Origin: Sphingobacteriia bacterium
GTDB taxonomy: Bacteria; Bacteroidota; Bacteroidia; Chitinophagales; Chitinophagaceae
NCBI GenBank assembly: GCA_947456855.1
Contig: CANGTR010000001.1
Location: forward strand, 13,318 to 77,317
Direction of reading: 5' to 3'
DNA: 64,000 nucleotides
Shown: positions 18,813 through 28,950 of the stretch, piece after piece
How the letters are laid out: the number at the start of each line of letters is the position of its first letter
Numbering within the stretch: the first letter of the stretch is position 1
Made by a program: the position numbers and the translations under genes
The notes under the pieces: model-generated
Told to the model about the DNA's origin: nothing
What the model saw: the letters and a program-made list of their open reading frames with translations, nothing else
Databases searched by the model: none

Positions 18813-21323
18813 TTAAAATAATTCGGGGGCAGTATCTTTTTGCACTGCTTGCTCCCATTCCATTTCAATGGTTTTACTGAAGTCGGTTAATTTGGCTCCT
18901 ACAGCCTTCCAACCCATTACTTCAACCATTTTAGCCACTTTAAACTTAGCCTTTCTTACTTGTTGACCTCTACCGGTTTGTACTACTAAGATAGGTTGAT
19001 CCTCGGTTGAAATAGCCATTAAATAATTACCAGCTCCCTCTTTGATGAAACTAAACTGTGTTTTGAGCGTAGAAGTCTCAATTTTAAAGCGCTTGATATT
19101 GTATTGCGATTTATCTTGATCGAGATATACTGCGGTGATAATCTTTTCAGGATTAAATTGCTCAATCAATTTGATTTTATCGGCTTCAAATCGTTGGGTT
19201 ATTTCTGTATCTGTTAACTCGTAAGTACCATCTGTATAGAACACCACAATTTTTTCATCTTCAAAACTGCCCAAGTATTTACCTTTTTCCTCTGTATTTA
19301 ACCTGCCAAATTTATCGTCGAACCATAATTTTCTGCCGGCCAAAGTACTCTTACCAGCTTCCTTCATCTTCACCGTTTTGATAGGATACTTAGTTACTTG
19401 GTTACCCATGCTGCTCCTTCCTTTGATCTCTAATTCTTCAAAGAAGAAATCAAGTTCTTTAATGCGAGCAGTACAATTAGGGCTTAAAATAATTTTAACC
19501 GATTCTGCTTCTCCATTTGGATTGGCTGAAAAATAATGTACCCTGCTTTTTTCTGACCCTTTGGTTAAGTCGTATTCTTTTTCTCTGGTAATTCCTGTAA
19601 CATTAAAACGTTTGCCGTAACTTACTCCAGATTTACCATCAACATAAATCATGTTATAGGTAGTGCGTTCATCATTTTTCTCAAAAACGGCTGCGTAGAT
19701 AATGTCTTTACCAATAAATACTTTATCGGACACTTTCACAACTTTCATGATACCCGATTTGGTAAACGCAATGATATCATCATAATCGGAACACTCACAC
19801 ATGAACTCATCTTTCTTTAAACCAGTGCCGATAAATCCTTCAGCTCTATTTAAGTAAATTTTGGTGTTGGCAATGGCAACCTGCTTTACCTGGATGGTAT
19901 CAAATTCTTTGATTTCCGTTTTGCGCTCTCTACCTTTACCATATTTCTTTTGCAGATTCTCATAGTAAGCTACCGCAAAATCAGTCAAGTGTTCTAAATC
20001 ATAATTCACTTGCTTAATCTCCGCCTCAATGTTTTTGATCTGCTCATTGAGTTCGTTAATATCTAAACGATAAATTCTCCTTACTGGCTTTTCAGTAAGT
20101 TTTACAATATCCTCTCGCTCGATTGGGCGTTTTAATTTTTTCTTAAAAGGGGTAAATGCTTTGTCGATGGCTTCCAAAACCTTCTCCCAATTCTCATGTT
20201 TCTGCTCTAATTCCTTGTAAATTTTTTCTTCAAAGAATATTTTTTCCAAAGAAGTATAGTGCCATTTGTCTTCCAGTTCGCCCAAACGAATTTCTAGCTC
20301 TTTCTTTAATAACGCTTTGGTATTTTCTACCGATGCTTTTAATAGTTCTTGAACAGTTAAAAACATTGGCTTATGATCAGCAATTACACAGGCATTGGGA
20401 GAAATACTCACTTCGCAATCTGTGAATGCATACAATGCATCGATGGTGATATCTGGTGAAATACCAGCAGCTAAATCAATTTGAATTTCTACTTCCTGAG
20501 CAGTTACATCTATTACTTTCTTGATTTTGATTTTACCTTGTTCATTGGCCTTTGTAATGCTTTCCATCAACTGAGTAGTAGTTACTCCATATGGCACATC
20601 ACGGATAACCAAGGTTTTTTTATCGAGTTCTTCTACATGCGCTCTTACCCTTACCTTACCACCTCTTTTACCATCGTTGTAGTTGGCCACATCAATCATT
20701 CCCTTTGTTTGAAAATCTGGGAATAATTCAAATTTTCTGCCACGTAAATGTTTGATAGAAGCATCAATGAGTTCACAAAAATTATGTGGAAGTATTTTGG
20801 TTGATAACCCTACAGCAATACCATCAGCTCCTTGTACGAGCAATAATGGAAATTTCATTGGCAAATTGATGGGCTCATTTTTTCTGCCATCATAACTTAA
20901 TTGCCATTGAGTAGTTTTAGCATTGAAAGCTACTTCTAAAGCAAACTTAGATAATCGCGCTTCAATATACCTAGATGCGGCAGCATCGTCACCAGTTCTT
21001 ACATCACCCCAGTTACCCTGTGTTTCAATCAATAAATCTTTCTGACCAAGATTAACCAAAGCATCACCAATACTTGCATCTCCATGCGGATGGTATTGCA
21101 TACTCTGACCAATAATATTGGCCACTTTATTGAACCTTCCATCATCCATTTCTTTCATGGAGTGTAAAATTCTTCTATGTACCGGCTTTAACCCATCCTC
21201 AATTGCAGGCACAGCTCTTTCGAGGATAACATAGGAAGCATAATCCAAGAACCAATTTTTATATTGACCTTGTACACCTCTTTCATTGTCAAAAACCCTA
21301 TTTTCCCTTTTCTCTTTCGCCAT
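18813..21323 (-). CDS. parC: DNA topoisomerase IV subunit A
   Basis: DGLKPVHRRIL, YHPHGDAS, catalytic AAASRYIEARL; Bacteroidota ParC type. Confidence 0.95.
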   Translation of the reverse strand: MAKEKRENRVFDNERGVQGQYKNWFLDYASYVILERAVPAIEDGLKPVHRRILHSMKEMDDGRFNKVANIIGQSMQYHPHGDASIGDALVNLGQKDLLIETQGNWGDVRTGDDAAASRYIEARLSKFALEVAFNAKTTQWQLSYDGRKNEPINLPMKFPLLLVQGADGIAVGLSTKILPHNFCELIDASIKHLRGRKFELFPDFQTKGMIDVANYNDGKRGGKVRVRAHVEELDKKTLVIRDVPYGVTTTQLMESITKANEQGKIKIKKVIDVTAQEVEIQIDLAAGISPDITIDALYAFTDCEVSISPNACVIADHKPMFLTVQELLKASVENTKALLKKELEIRLGELEDKWHYTSLEKIFFEEKIYKELEQKHENWEKVLEAIDKAFTPFKKKLKRPIEREDIVKLTEKPVRRIYRLDINELNEQIKNIEAEIKQVNYDLEHLTDFAVAYYENLQKKYGKGRERKTEIKEFDTIQVKQVAIANTKIYLNRAEGFIGTGLKKDEFMCECSDYDDIIAFTKSGIMKVVKVSDKVFIGKDIIYAAVFEKNDERTTYNMIYVDGKSGVSYGKRFNVTGITREKEYDLTKGSEKSRVHYFSANPNGEAESVKIILSPNCTARIKELDFFFEELEIKGRSSMGNQVTKYPIKTVKMKEAGKSTLAGRKLWFDDKFGRLNTEEKGKYLGSFEDEKIVVFYTDGTYELTDTEITQRFEADKIKLIEQFNPEKIITAVYLDQDKSQYNIKRFKIETSTLKTQFSFIKEGAGNYLMAISTEDQPILVVQTGRGQQVRKAKFKVAKMVEVMGWKAVGAKLTDFSKTIEMEWEQAVQKDTAPELF

Positions 21324-21357
21324 ATTAATATTCTTTTCTCAACCAATAACTTATTAC

Positions 21358-21723
21358 TTATAACTTAAACGTATCCAGTTTAGCATCTTCCAATCCATTC
21401 AATTCAAACACAATAATATCTGTTGTAGCTTCTACAAGATGCCAAGCCCAAGGATCTATTTCTACCATTGCAGGAGCCACTATATGCGCTACACCTTGCT
21501 TATCCGACCTCACATCTTTCCAATTCAACAAAGCATTTCCACTCATTATGATGATGCGTTCTGGATTTTTTTTGGAAGATAAGCCCTTGTGATAATGATC
21601 CCCACTTTTAGAACCTGCTTTTCTATATGCTACAATGAATTGACCAGTTCTATTGGTATTAAAATAATGGGTAGCCCCACGTTCGTCTTCGCCAATTTTA
21701 TCCAAGGGTATTACTCTAACCAT
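21358..21723 (-). CDS. Small cupin-fold protein
   Basis: DERG, GDHYH..E and PWAWH cupin metal motifs. Confidence 0.65.
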   Translation of the reverse strand: MVRVIPLDKIGEDERGATHYFNTNRTGQFIVAYRKAGSKSGDHYHKGLSSKKNPERIIIMSGNALLNWKDVRSDKQGVAHIVAPAMVEIDPWAWHLVEATTDIIVFELNGLEDAKLDTFKL

Positions 21724-21736
21724 TACTCTGTTTTAT

Positions 21737-22543
21737 TTAATTTGCCAATTGAACCGTTATTTCTTTCCAACCTTTATTCCAGTCGCCAGAAAGTGCAACC
21801 TTTCCAGCAGCGGCCAATTCTTTTAGTCGCCAAACTAAAAAAGCGTCTCCTGTTTGTACGGGCATTTTATTTAAAGTCCCTGTAATTATTTTATTCAGTT
21901 TCTGTGAATCACCCGAAACCTGATTGAGCAAATGCTTGTCGTAAAATGACACTTCTTTGGCAACAATTTTTTTACCCCCTTCTAAAAAACGTATCAATGA
22001 ATTATCTGAGGCAATTTTTTTCCATTCATCAGGATCTATTTCAAATTCAGATAACGTAATGGGTCTTGCTAATTTTTTGGCTTTCAAAAATTCTTTTGGC
22101 TGAATTTCATACAAATGCGTTGGATAAAAAATATTACCCTTTTCATTAAAGAAAGGAAGGTTGTTTAAATACAACACCTGTAACCTACCTGCGAAATCTT
22201 TGAGCTGACTCATTAACCAGTAATAACCACATACATCATGGGCATTTTGGCCCATCCAAATCCATGCTTCAAGAGACTCGTCTTCATTGAGTTGCTGAAT
22301 TAACTGGTGAACAGCTAATTTATCATCCGCTATATCCAATTGGTCTCCGTAAGGAGAGTTGATTAAAACATCTTTCCACCAATCCCTACGCTGCTGATAC
22401 CCTTCTGTTTCATAAATATCCATTAAAGGACCTACAGCGTAATCATCTTTAATTTCAATTACTTTTCCTTGTAAACTTTCATCCATCTCAATGGCAGTTT
22501 CCAAGGATTTTATATTTGCATTTTCAAAAACAATATGAATCAT
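21737..22543 (-). CDS. DUF1835 domain protein
   Basis: DDYAVGPL, RRDWW, WIWMGQNAHDVCG, GDAFLVWRL. Confidence 0.8.
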   Translation of the reverse strand: MIHIVFENANIKSLETAIEMDESLQGKVIEIKDDYAVGPLMDIYETEGYQQRRDWWKDVLINSPYGDQLDIADDKLAVHQLIQQLNEDESLEAWIWMGQNAHDVCGYYWLMSQLKDFAGRLQVLYLNNLPFFNEKGNIFYPTHLYEIQPKEFLKAKKLARPITLSEFEIDPDEWKKIASDNSLIRFLEGGKKIVAKEVSFYDKHLLNQVSGDSQKLNKIITGTLNKMPVQTGDAFLVWRLKELAAAGKVALSGDWNKGWKEITVQLAN

Positions 22544-22570
22544 AAATCTATTTACAATTAAAACATTAAA

Positions 22571-24454
22571 TTAACTAGTTACTATATCCAACTCTACCCG
22601 AAGGTTATTGATAATAAATTCTTGTCTTTCCATGGTATTCTTTCCCATATAATACTCCAGTAAATCCTGTATATGATCACCTTGCTCTAATATAACAGGA
22701 TCCAATCGCATATCTCTACCAATAAATCTTCCAAATTCTTCTGGAGATATTTCACCCAAACCCTTAAATCGGGTAATCTCCGGTTTACTGCCCAACTTCT
22801 TTACGGCTTCTTGCTTTTCTGTTTCGTCGTAGCAATAAATAGTTTCTTGTTTATTTCTAACCCTAAACAAAGGTGTTTGTAAAATATATACATGCCCTTT
22901 TTTAACAAGATCAGGGAAGAATTGCAAAAAGAAAGTCATCAATAACAAACGAATATGCATCCCATCCACATCGGCATCTGTTGCAATTACAATATTATTA
23001 TAACGCAATCCTTCTAAACCTTCTTCTATATTCAAAGCATGTTGCAATAAATTAAACTCTTCGTTTTGATAAACCACTTTTTTGGTTTCTCCAAAAGAGT
23101 TCAAGGGCTTACCGCGCAAACTAAATACTGCTTGTGTATCTACATTTCTTGATTTGGTAATACTACCACTCGCACTATCCCCTTCGGTAATAAAAATGGT
23201 GGTATTGTTTTGAACAGCAATAAAAGCTTCTTTATTTTTTGCAGGAAGTTCATCATTAAGATGTGCTCTACAGTCACGTAATTTTTTATTGTGTAGATTG
23301 GCTTTCTTGGCTCTTTCGTTGGCTAATTTTTTAATGCCCGCCAATTCTTTACGCTCTCTTTCGTTCTGCTCAATTCTTTTCTTTAATGCATCAGCTGTTG
23401 TTGGATTTCTATGCAAGAAATTATCCAATTCTTTCGATAAAAACTCTTGCACAAAATTCTTCATACTAGGACCACCATCAGCAACATTCTGAGAACCTAA
23501 TTTTGTTTTTGTCTGACTCTCAAAAACGGGCTCTTGCACCCTAACTGATACAGCTGCAACAATGCTTGTTCTTATATCAGAAGCATCATAATCTTTCTTA
23601 AAAAAATCACGAACTACCTTTACATAAGCTTCCCTAAATGCTTGTTGATGGGTACCCCCCTGTGTAGTGTACTGCCCATTTACAAAAGAGAATATATCTT
23701 CGCCATAGTCATTGTTGTGGCTAATGGCCACCTCAATATCATTCCCTTTTAAATGTATGATGGGATAACGCAACTCGTCTGGATTGGTTTTTCGTTGCAA
23801 CAAATCGAGCAAGCCATTTTTACTAACGTATTTCTTGTTATTAAATTGAATTACTAAACCGGCATTCAAATAACAATAATTCCATAATTGGTTTTCGAGG
23901 TATTCGTAGATGTAATGAAAATTCCTAAAGATTGTTTCATCAGGTGTAAATACTACCAATGTTCCATTTGGCTCAGTGGTTTTTTCTTCTTTATGCTCAT
24001 TTACTAAAAACCCTTTTTCAAATTCGGCAGTTTTCTGTTTGCCTTCTCTAAATGCAGTTACCAAAAAACGTTCACTCAATGCATTCACTGCCTTTGTACC
24101 TACACCATTCAAACCCACACTTTTTTGAAATGCTTTGCTATCGTATTTTGCCCCTGTGTTTATTTTACTAACTACATCTACTACTTTACCCAAAGGAATT
24201 CCTCTTCCAAAATCTCTAACAGTTACCGTTTTGCCTTCAATAGACAATTCAATTTGTTTACCGTAACCCATGGTATATTCATCGATACAATTATCTATTA
24301 CTTCTTTAATAAGTACATAAATTCCATCATCAGCTGCCGACCCATCCCCTAATTTACCAATATACATCCCTGGTCTTAGGCGAATATGTTCTTTCCAATC
24401 GAGCGATTTTATCGAGTCTTCATCATACTGAACCAAATTTTTATCATCTGCCAT
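22571..24454 (-). CDS. parE: DNA topoisomerase IV subunit B
   Basis: [54 protein letters not shown]. Confidence 0.95.
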   Translation of the reverse strand: MADDKNLVQYDEDSIKSLDWKEHIRLRPGMYIGKLGDGSAADDGIYVLIKEVIDNCIDEYTMGYGKQIELSIEGKTVTVRDFGRGIPLGKVVDVVSKINTGAKYDSKAFQKSVGLNGVGTKAVNALSERFLVTAFREGKQKTAEFEKGFLVNEHKEEKTTEPNGTLVVFTPDETIFRNFHYIYEYLENQLWNYCYLNAGLVIQFNNKKYVSKNGLLDLLQRKTNPDELRYPIIHLKGNDIEVAISHNNDYGEDIFSFVNGQYTTQGGTHQQAFREAYVKVVRDFFKKDYDASDIRTSIVAAVSVRVQEPVFESQTKTKLGSQNVADGGPSMKNFVQEFLSKELDNFLHRNPTTADALKKRIEQNERERKELAGIKKLANERAKKANLHNKKLRDCRAHLNDELPAKNKEAFIAVQNNTTIFITEGDSASGSITKSRNVDTQAVFSLRGKPLNSFGETKKVVYQNEEFNLLQHALNIEEGLEGLRYNNIVIATDADVDGMHIRLLLMTFFLQFFPDLVKKGHVYILQTPLFRVRNKQETIYCYDETEKQEAVKKLGSKPEITRFKGLGEISPEEFGRFIGRDMRLDPVILEQGDHIQDLLEYYMGKNTMERQEFIINNLRVELDIVTS

Positions 24455-24486
24455 AGTTCCGTTTTTGTTGCATTTTTTGCCAACGG

Positions 24487-24494
24487 CAAATCTA
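24487..24494 (-). promoter_or_regulatory. -7 box TAGATTTG for parE
   Basis: Exact TAnnTTTG on minus strand 32 nt before the start. Confidence 0.6.
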
Positions 24495-24588
24495 ACTCCC
24501 TCAAATTCAACCCCAATTATACTTTTCTACAAATGGGGTTTAACTGTGGATAAATGATGGTTTTTGATAGATTTTTAATCCCCAATAC

Positions 24589-24596
24589 TACCTTTG
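24589..24596 (+). promoter_or_regulatory. -7 box TACCTTTG for first YkgJ gene
   Basis: Exact TAnnTTTG 8 nt before ATG 24605. Confidence 0.55.
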
Positions 24597-24604
24597 GGGC
24601 AATT

Positions 24605-25123
24605 ATGGAGCCATTTCAACCCATTACCGATCTAGACTACCTAAAAACCTATGCTCAATCGAAAGAGCAGGAAAACGATCGATTTAAGGATTTTCTGAAG
24701 CAAATCAATAGTGAAGAAGTAGACGAGCTGGTTCAGGAATTGGATAGAATGGTTAGCCCTAGTATTAATTGCACCGATTGTGGCAACTGCTGTAAATCAT
24801 TAATGGTCTGCTTAAATGAATCAGAAGCTGATCGTTTAGCGGGTCATTTAAATCAATCAAGGGAAAAATTTGATACCACCTATTTAGAAAAGGGAAGCAA
24901 TGGAATGATGATCATGAATCAGATGCCATGCCATTTTTTAAGCGATAATAAATGTACTATTTACGAATATCGATTTGAAGGATGTAGAGAATTTCCTGCT
25001 TTACATTTACCCAATTTTAGCAGGAGATTATTTACCACTTTTATGCACTACGACAGATGCCCGATTATTTTTAATGTGGTAGAACAAATGAAAGATCGAA
25101 TGCAATTTGAAAAAGACCTTTAA
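24605..25123 (+). CDS. YkgJ family cysteine cluster protein (copy 1)
   Basis: CTDCGNCC ... CHFL...CTIY...C motif; ATG 24605. Confidence 0.9.
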   Translation: MEPFQPITDLDYLKTYAQSKEQENDRFKDFLKQINSEEVDELVQELDRMVSPSINCTDCGNCCKSLMVCLNESEADRLAGHLNQSREKFDTTYLEKGSNGMMIMNQMPCHFLSDNKCTIYEYRFEGCREFPALHLPNFSRRLFTTFMHYDRCPIIFNVVEQMKDRMQFEKDL

Positions 25124-25131
25124 TCATTACC

Positions 25132-26301
25132 ATGAATGTATATTTTGGAATAGATCAATTATTAACAAGCCACCCTTCATGGAAGCAATATCCTATTGGA
25201 ATGGTTACCAATGAAGCAGCTAAAACATACAATGGGATCGCTTCCAGAAAAGCATTACAAGATGCAGGATTTAAATTGGTGAAATTATTTTCTCCTGAAC
25301 ATGGTTTGTCTGTCAAAGGAGCTGATGGAGCAGCTATGCATGATGGTGTTGATGAATTGACAGATTTACCTATAATCAGTTTGTATGGAAATAAATTAGC
25401 TCCAACAAAAGAAGATTTGGCCGAATTAGAAATTATTTTGTTTGATGTACCCGATGCTGGTGTTCGATTTTATACTTATCTCTGGACATTGACCTATTTA
25501 ATGGAAACATGTGCAACTTCAAAGAAAAAAATAATTGTACTAGATCGTCCCAATCCTATTTCAGGAATTTTAACATTAGCAGAAGGCCCTTTTTTAGAAC
25601 CATCCTGTAGTTCTTTTATTGGAAGATGGCCAATTCCTATTAGACATAGTTGCAGCCTAGGTGAATTAGCGCGCTTTTTTAATGAAACACAACACATCAA
25701 AACTTCTTTGGAAATAATTGCTTGTACCAATTGGAATAGAAACAATTTTCAACCAGATTGGACTATCCCATTTGTGGGCACATCGCCAGCTATTCAAAGT
25801 TTTGAGAGTATGTTACTGTATCCAGGGCTTTGCTTTTTAGAAGCTACGAATTTGCATGAAGGCAGAGGAACCGAAAAAGCTTTTCAAATAGTTGGAGCAC
25901 CTTGGCTAAAAAATGATGCAGTTTGTGCTCAGATAAATAACATATTGGAAGATGAAATCCATGCAACACCCATTGCATATATGTCAAAAGAGAACAAATA
26001 CATAGGTGAAAAATGCAATGGGATTCATTTTAAAGTAAAAGACCAGGCAATATTTAGGCCTATTTTTTTTGGTTTGATGTTGATTAAACTCATCAAAGAG
26101 TTACACCCTGTTGATTTTGCATGGGCAACTTATCCTACCAATGTAAACCCCAATGGAACCAACCATCTAGATAAATTATTGGGCATACCTAATAGTGAAT
26201 CATTGTTTGATTTGCCTTTTGCAAGTTTTTTACAATGGGCTACAAAATTAACATCAAGTAAAGATTGGGAGAAAATGATGGAGCCTTATTTATTGTATTA
26301 A
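25132..26301 (+). CDS. namZ: Exo-beta-N-acetylmuramidase NamZ / DUF1343 family
   Basis: FSPEHG, ISLYG, DAGVRFYTY, VLDRPNP, PIRHSCSLGELA, EGRGT. Confidence 0.88.
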   Translation: MNVYFGIDQLLTSHPSWKQYPIGMVTNEAAKTYNGIASRKALQDAGFKLVKLFSPEHGLSVKGADGAAMHDGVDELTDLPIISLYGNKLAPTKEDLAELEIILFDVPDAGVRFYTYLWTLTYLMETCATSKKKIIVLDRPNPISGILTLAEGPFLEPSCSSFIGRWPIPIRHSCSLGELARFFNETQHIKTSLEIIACTNWNRNNFQPDWTIPFVGTSPAIQSFESMLLYPGLCFLEATNLHEGRGTEKAFQIVGAPWLKNDAVCAQINNILEDEIHATPIAYMSKENKYIGEKCNGIHFKVKDQAIFRPIFFGLMLIKLIKELHPVDFAWATYPTNVNPNGTNHLDKLLGIPNSESLFDLPFASFLQWATKLTSSKDWEKMMEPYLLY

Positions 26302-27026
26302 ACTTCTTGCTTCATCAACCCCCTCACCACCACACTTGCAGTCATACAACCAAAAATAGCAGGCATATAAGAAATGGTTCCGATGATGGATTTTTTAGGA
26401 AAAGCCTTTTCAGTTTCAATGATACGAGATTGATCTACTTTTTCTGCACTGAATACCACTGTAAGTCCTTTGTAAATGCCTAATGAATGTAATTTCTTGC
26501 GAACATATGCTGCTAAATTACATTGATAGGTTTTAGATATATCCGTAATGATTACTTGTGAAGGGTCTACTTTTCCTCCAGCACCAAGAGAACTAACGAT
26601 GGGAATTTTTCTATCTAAACAAGCTTTTATAAAAAACACTTTGGGAGATAAGGTATCAATACAATCTACTGCGTAATCATAGTTTGCTTCATCCAATAAT
26701 TGCTGGGTAAGTTCTTCTTTTATATAAATTGATTTCACAATCAATTCAATATTTGGGTTGATGTCTTTCAAGCGTTCGGCCATTACTTCCGACTTTAGCT
26801 TGCCAGCTGTAGAATGCAATGCAGGAATCTGACGGTTGGTATTACTCAAATCAACTGTATCAGCATCTACAATGGTCATCTTTCCTACACCTGCCCTTGC
26901 GATCATTTCAGCACAAATACCTCCTACTCCGCCTAAGCCAACTACCAATACATGTTTTTGCATTAAAGTTTCTATGGGTTCATCTCCAAGCAATAATTGA
27001 GTGCGACTCATCCAGTATGGAATCAT
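26298..27026 (-). CDS. tcdA: tRNA threonylcarbamoyladenosine dehydratase (ThiF/E1-like)
   Basis: VGLGGVG, DADTVDLSNTNRQ, SSLGAGGK, ISYMPAIFG. Confidence 0.9.
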   Translation of the reverse strand: MIPYWMSRTQLLLGDEPIETLMQKHVLVVGLGGVGGICAEMIARAGVGKMTIVDADTVDLSNTNRQIPALHSTAGKLKSEVMAERLKDINPNIELIVKSIYIKEELTQQLLDEANYDYAVDCIDTLSPKVFFIKACLDRKIPIVSSLGAGGKVDPSQVIITDISKTYQCNLAAYVRKKLHSLGIYKGLTVVFSAEKVDQSRIIETEKAFPKKSIIGTISYMPAIFGCMTASVVVRGLMKQEV

Positions 27027-27033
27027 TAAATAA

Positions 27034-27110
27034 GAATTATGAATTAAGAGATATGAATTATGAGATACATTTTAAAAGATAAGAATTATGAGTTAATAAT
27101 TATGAGACAC
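27034..27110 (+). repeat. Heptamer tract, 11 in-register units (GAATTAT/GAGATAT family, one degenerate)
   Basis: Begins 7 nt upstream of the tcdA start codon. Confidence 0.8.
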
Positions 27111-27162
27111 ATATTTTCAGATATGAGTCAATAAATCTTAACTTCATTGCAAAAGTGTATAC

Positions 27163-28263
27163 ATGTTTTTGAATAATAAAATATTTCTCTGTTTATTAGG
27201 TATTATTTTAACCTGCACCGCAATAGCGCAAATAAAGCCAACAATTGAAATACTCGAGCAAGGCCGGAAAACCAGCCTAAGAGGCATGAGTGTGGTAAAC
27301 AACAACGTGATTTGGGTAAGTGGAAGTGGTGGTTCTGTGGGCAAATCTTTGGATGGAGGAAAAACCTGGAATTGGAATACAGTTGCTGGTTATGAGAAAA
27401 GCGATTTCAGGGATATTGAAGCATTTGATGATAAAACTGCATTCATAATGGGCATCACTCAACCAGCAGTAATCCTGAAAACAAAAGATGGCGGCATTAA
27501 CTGGATGAAAGTTTTTGAGGATACAGCTAAAGCGGCATTTTTTGATGCGATAGCATTCGATGTATCTCACAATGATACTGTAGGCGTGCTTATAGGCGAT
27601 CCAATAAAAAAGCTGCAATACATTGCTATGACTTTTTTTGAAAATGAAGAAATGGAATGGAAAGTACCAGACGCCGTTTATGACACTGGTTTTGATAAGT
27701 TTGAAGAGCAGTTTGCCGTTAAAAAAGGGGAAGCATTTTTTGCTTCAAGTGGCACAAATATAAGCTTTATAAATTTCGAGGAAATGCTTCCGCTGCTTGG
27801 ATTTGTAGTTTCAGGTGGATTGAAAACATCCTTAATTCATTATCCAATTGGTTATAAATATGATATCCCCATGATAAGTGGAAAAACATCAACAGGAGCC
27901 AACTCCATTGCAATCTTAAGAGACAAAAATAAGGGGGTAATTGTTGGAGGTGATTTTGCCAACGATACTTTAAGAGAGGGGAATATGGTACTGTTTAACT
28001 ATTCAAAAAAAGATTATTCGCCAACATTTACCAAACCGACAATCCCTCCTTTCGGCTATCGCTCATGCGTTATATACATCGATGAAAATAATTTAATCAC
28101 TTGTGGAACTTCGGGAGTAGATATTTCAAAAGACGGTGGAATGAATTGGGAACTCATTTCCAATGAAAGCTTTCATGTTGTTCAAAAAGCAAAAAATGGC
28201 AATGCAGTTTATCTTGCAGGCAAAGGAGGAAGAATTGCAAAATTCAACCCCACAACCCAATAA
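27163..28263 (+). CDS. Secreted BNR/YCF48-like beta-propeller protein
   Basis: Signal peptide; SLDGGKTW, TKDGGINW, SKDGGMNW Asp-box repeats. Confidence 0.85.
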   Translation: MFLNNKIFLCLLGIILTCTAIAQIKPTIEILEQGRKTSLRGMSVVNNNVIWVSGSGGSVGKSLDGGKTWNWNTVAGYEKSDFRDIEAFDDKTAFIMGITQPAVILKTKDGGINWMKVFEDTAKAAFFDAIAFDVSHNDTVGVLIGDPIKKLQYIAMTFFENEEMEWKVPDAVYDTGFDKFEEQFAVKKGEAFFASSGTNISFINFEEMLPLLGFVVSGGLKTSLIHYPIGYKYDIPMISGKTSTGANSIAILRDKNKGVIVGGDFANDTLREGNMVLFNYSKKDYSPTFTKPTIPPFGYRSCVIYIDENNLITCGTSGVDISKDGGMNWELISNESFHVVQKAKNGNAVYLAGKGGRIAKFNPTTQ

Positions 28264-28310
28264 CTTAATTAATCAATCACTTATTTAACCAATCACTTTT
28301 AACTAGTAAC

Positions 28311-28805
28311 TTATAACTGACTTTGCATTTTTTCCACCATCTTATACGTTGCAGGGCAGTATGAAATATTTTGTTGATGTACATGAATGTATTCCACCAT
28401 TTTCTTTTTCTTCAAATGCGGGAAACCAGCACAATCATCCGGACGAACTTCATAGATACTACACATATTGTTTTTTAAATTCAAAAACTGACATGGTTGT
28501 GATGTATTCATCCAATCCTTATCTTTTTTATCGAAGAACAACCATTTTTCTTTGAACTCATTAGGCGTGATTTCAAAATGAGCAGCAATGCGTTTAATAT
28601 CTTTATTTGTAAAAGTTGGGCTCATTGATTTGCAGCAATTGGCACAAGACAAACAATCTACTTCTTTCCAAACTTCAGCATCAATTTTTTCGGCTAGTTT
28701 ATCCAATCCTTTTGGAGGATTCTTTTCAATTTTTCCTAAAAAACGTTTCATTGATTTTTGATGATGACGTACTTTCTGTTTGAACGATCTTAAATTTACT
28801 TGCAT
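28311..28805 (-). CDS. YkgJ family cysteine cluster protein (copy 2)
   Basis: CLSCANCC ... CQFL....CSIYEVRPDDC. Confidence 0.9.
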   Translation of the reverse strand: MQVNLRSFKQKVRHHQKSMKRFLGKIEKNPPKGLDKLAEKIDAEVWKEVDCLSCANCCKSMSPTFTNKDIKRIAAHFEITPNEFKEKWLFFDKKDKDWMNTSQPCQFLNLKNNMCSIYEVRPDDCAGFPHLKKKKMVEYIHVHQQNISYCPATYKMVEKMQSQL

Positions 28806-28912
28806 GAGGTCGATTCGATTTTTGACTAAAAGCGAATGTACGTAATATTGGTCAATGGTTATAAGTCATGTTCAAATCCAACAACTTAATTCGTAACTTC
28901 ATTGCTTAACTA

Positions 28913-28947
28913 ATATCTCTTATCTCTTAATTCATATCTCTTAACTC
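28913..28947 (+). repeat. Heptamer tract, 5 units (ATATCTC TTATCTC TTAATTC ATATCTC TTAACTC)
   Basis: Ends 3 nt before the xerD ATG. Confidence 0.8.
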
Positions 28948-28950
28948 CTC

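Noticed and set aside
26819-27082. 87-aa plus-strand ORF ending NYELRDMNYE
   Set aside because: Antisense to tcdA; the tail is the heptamer tract.
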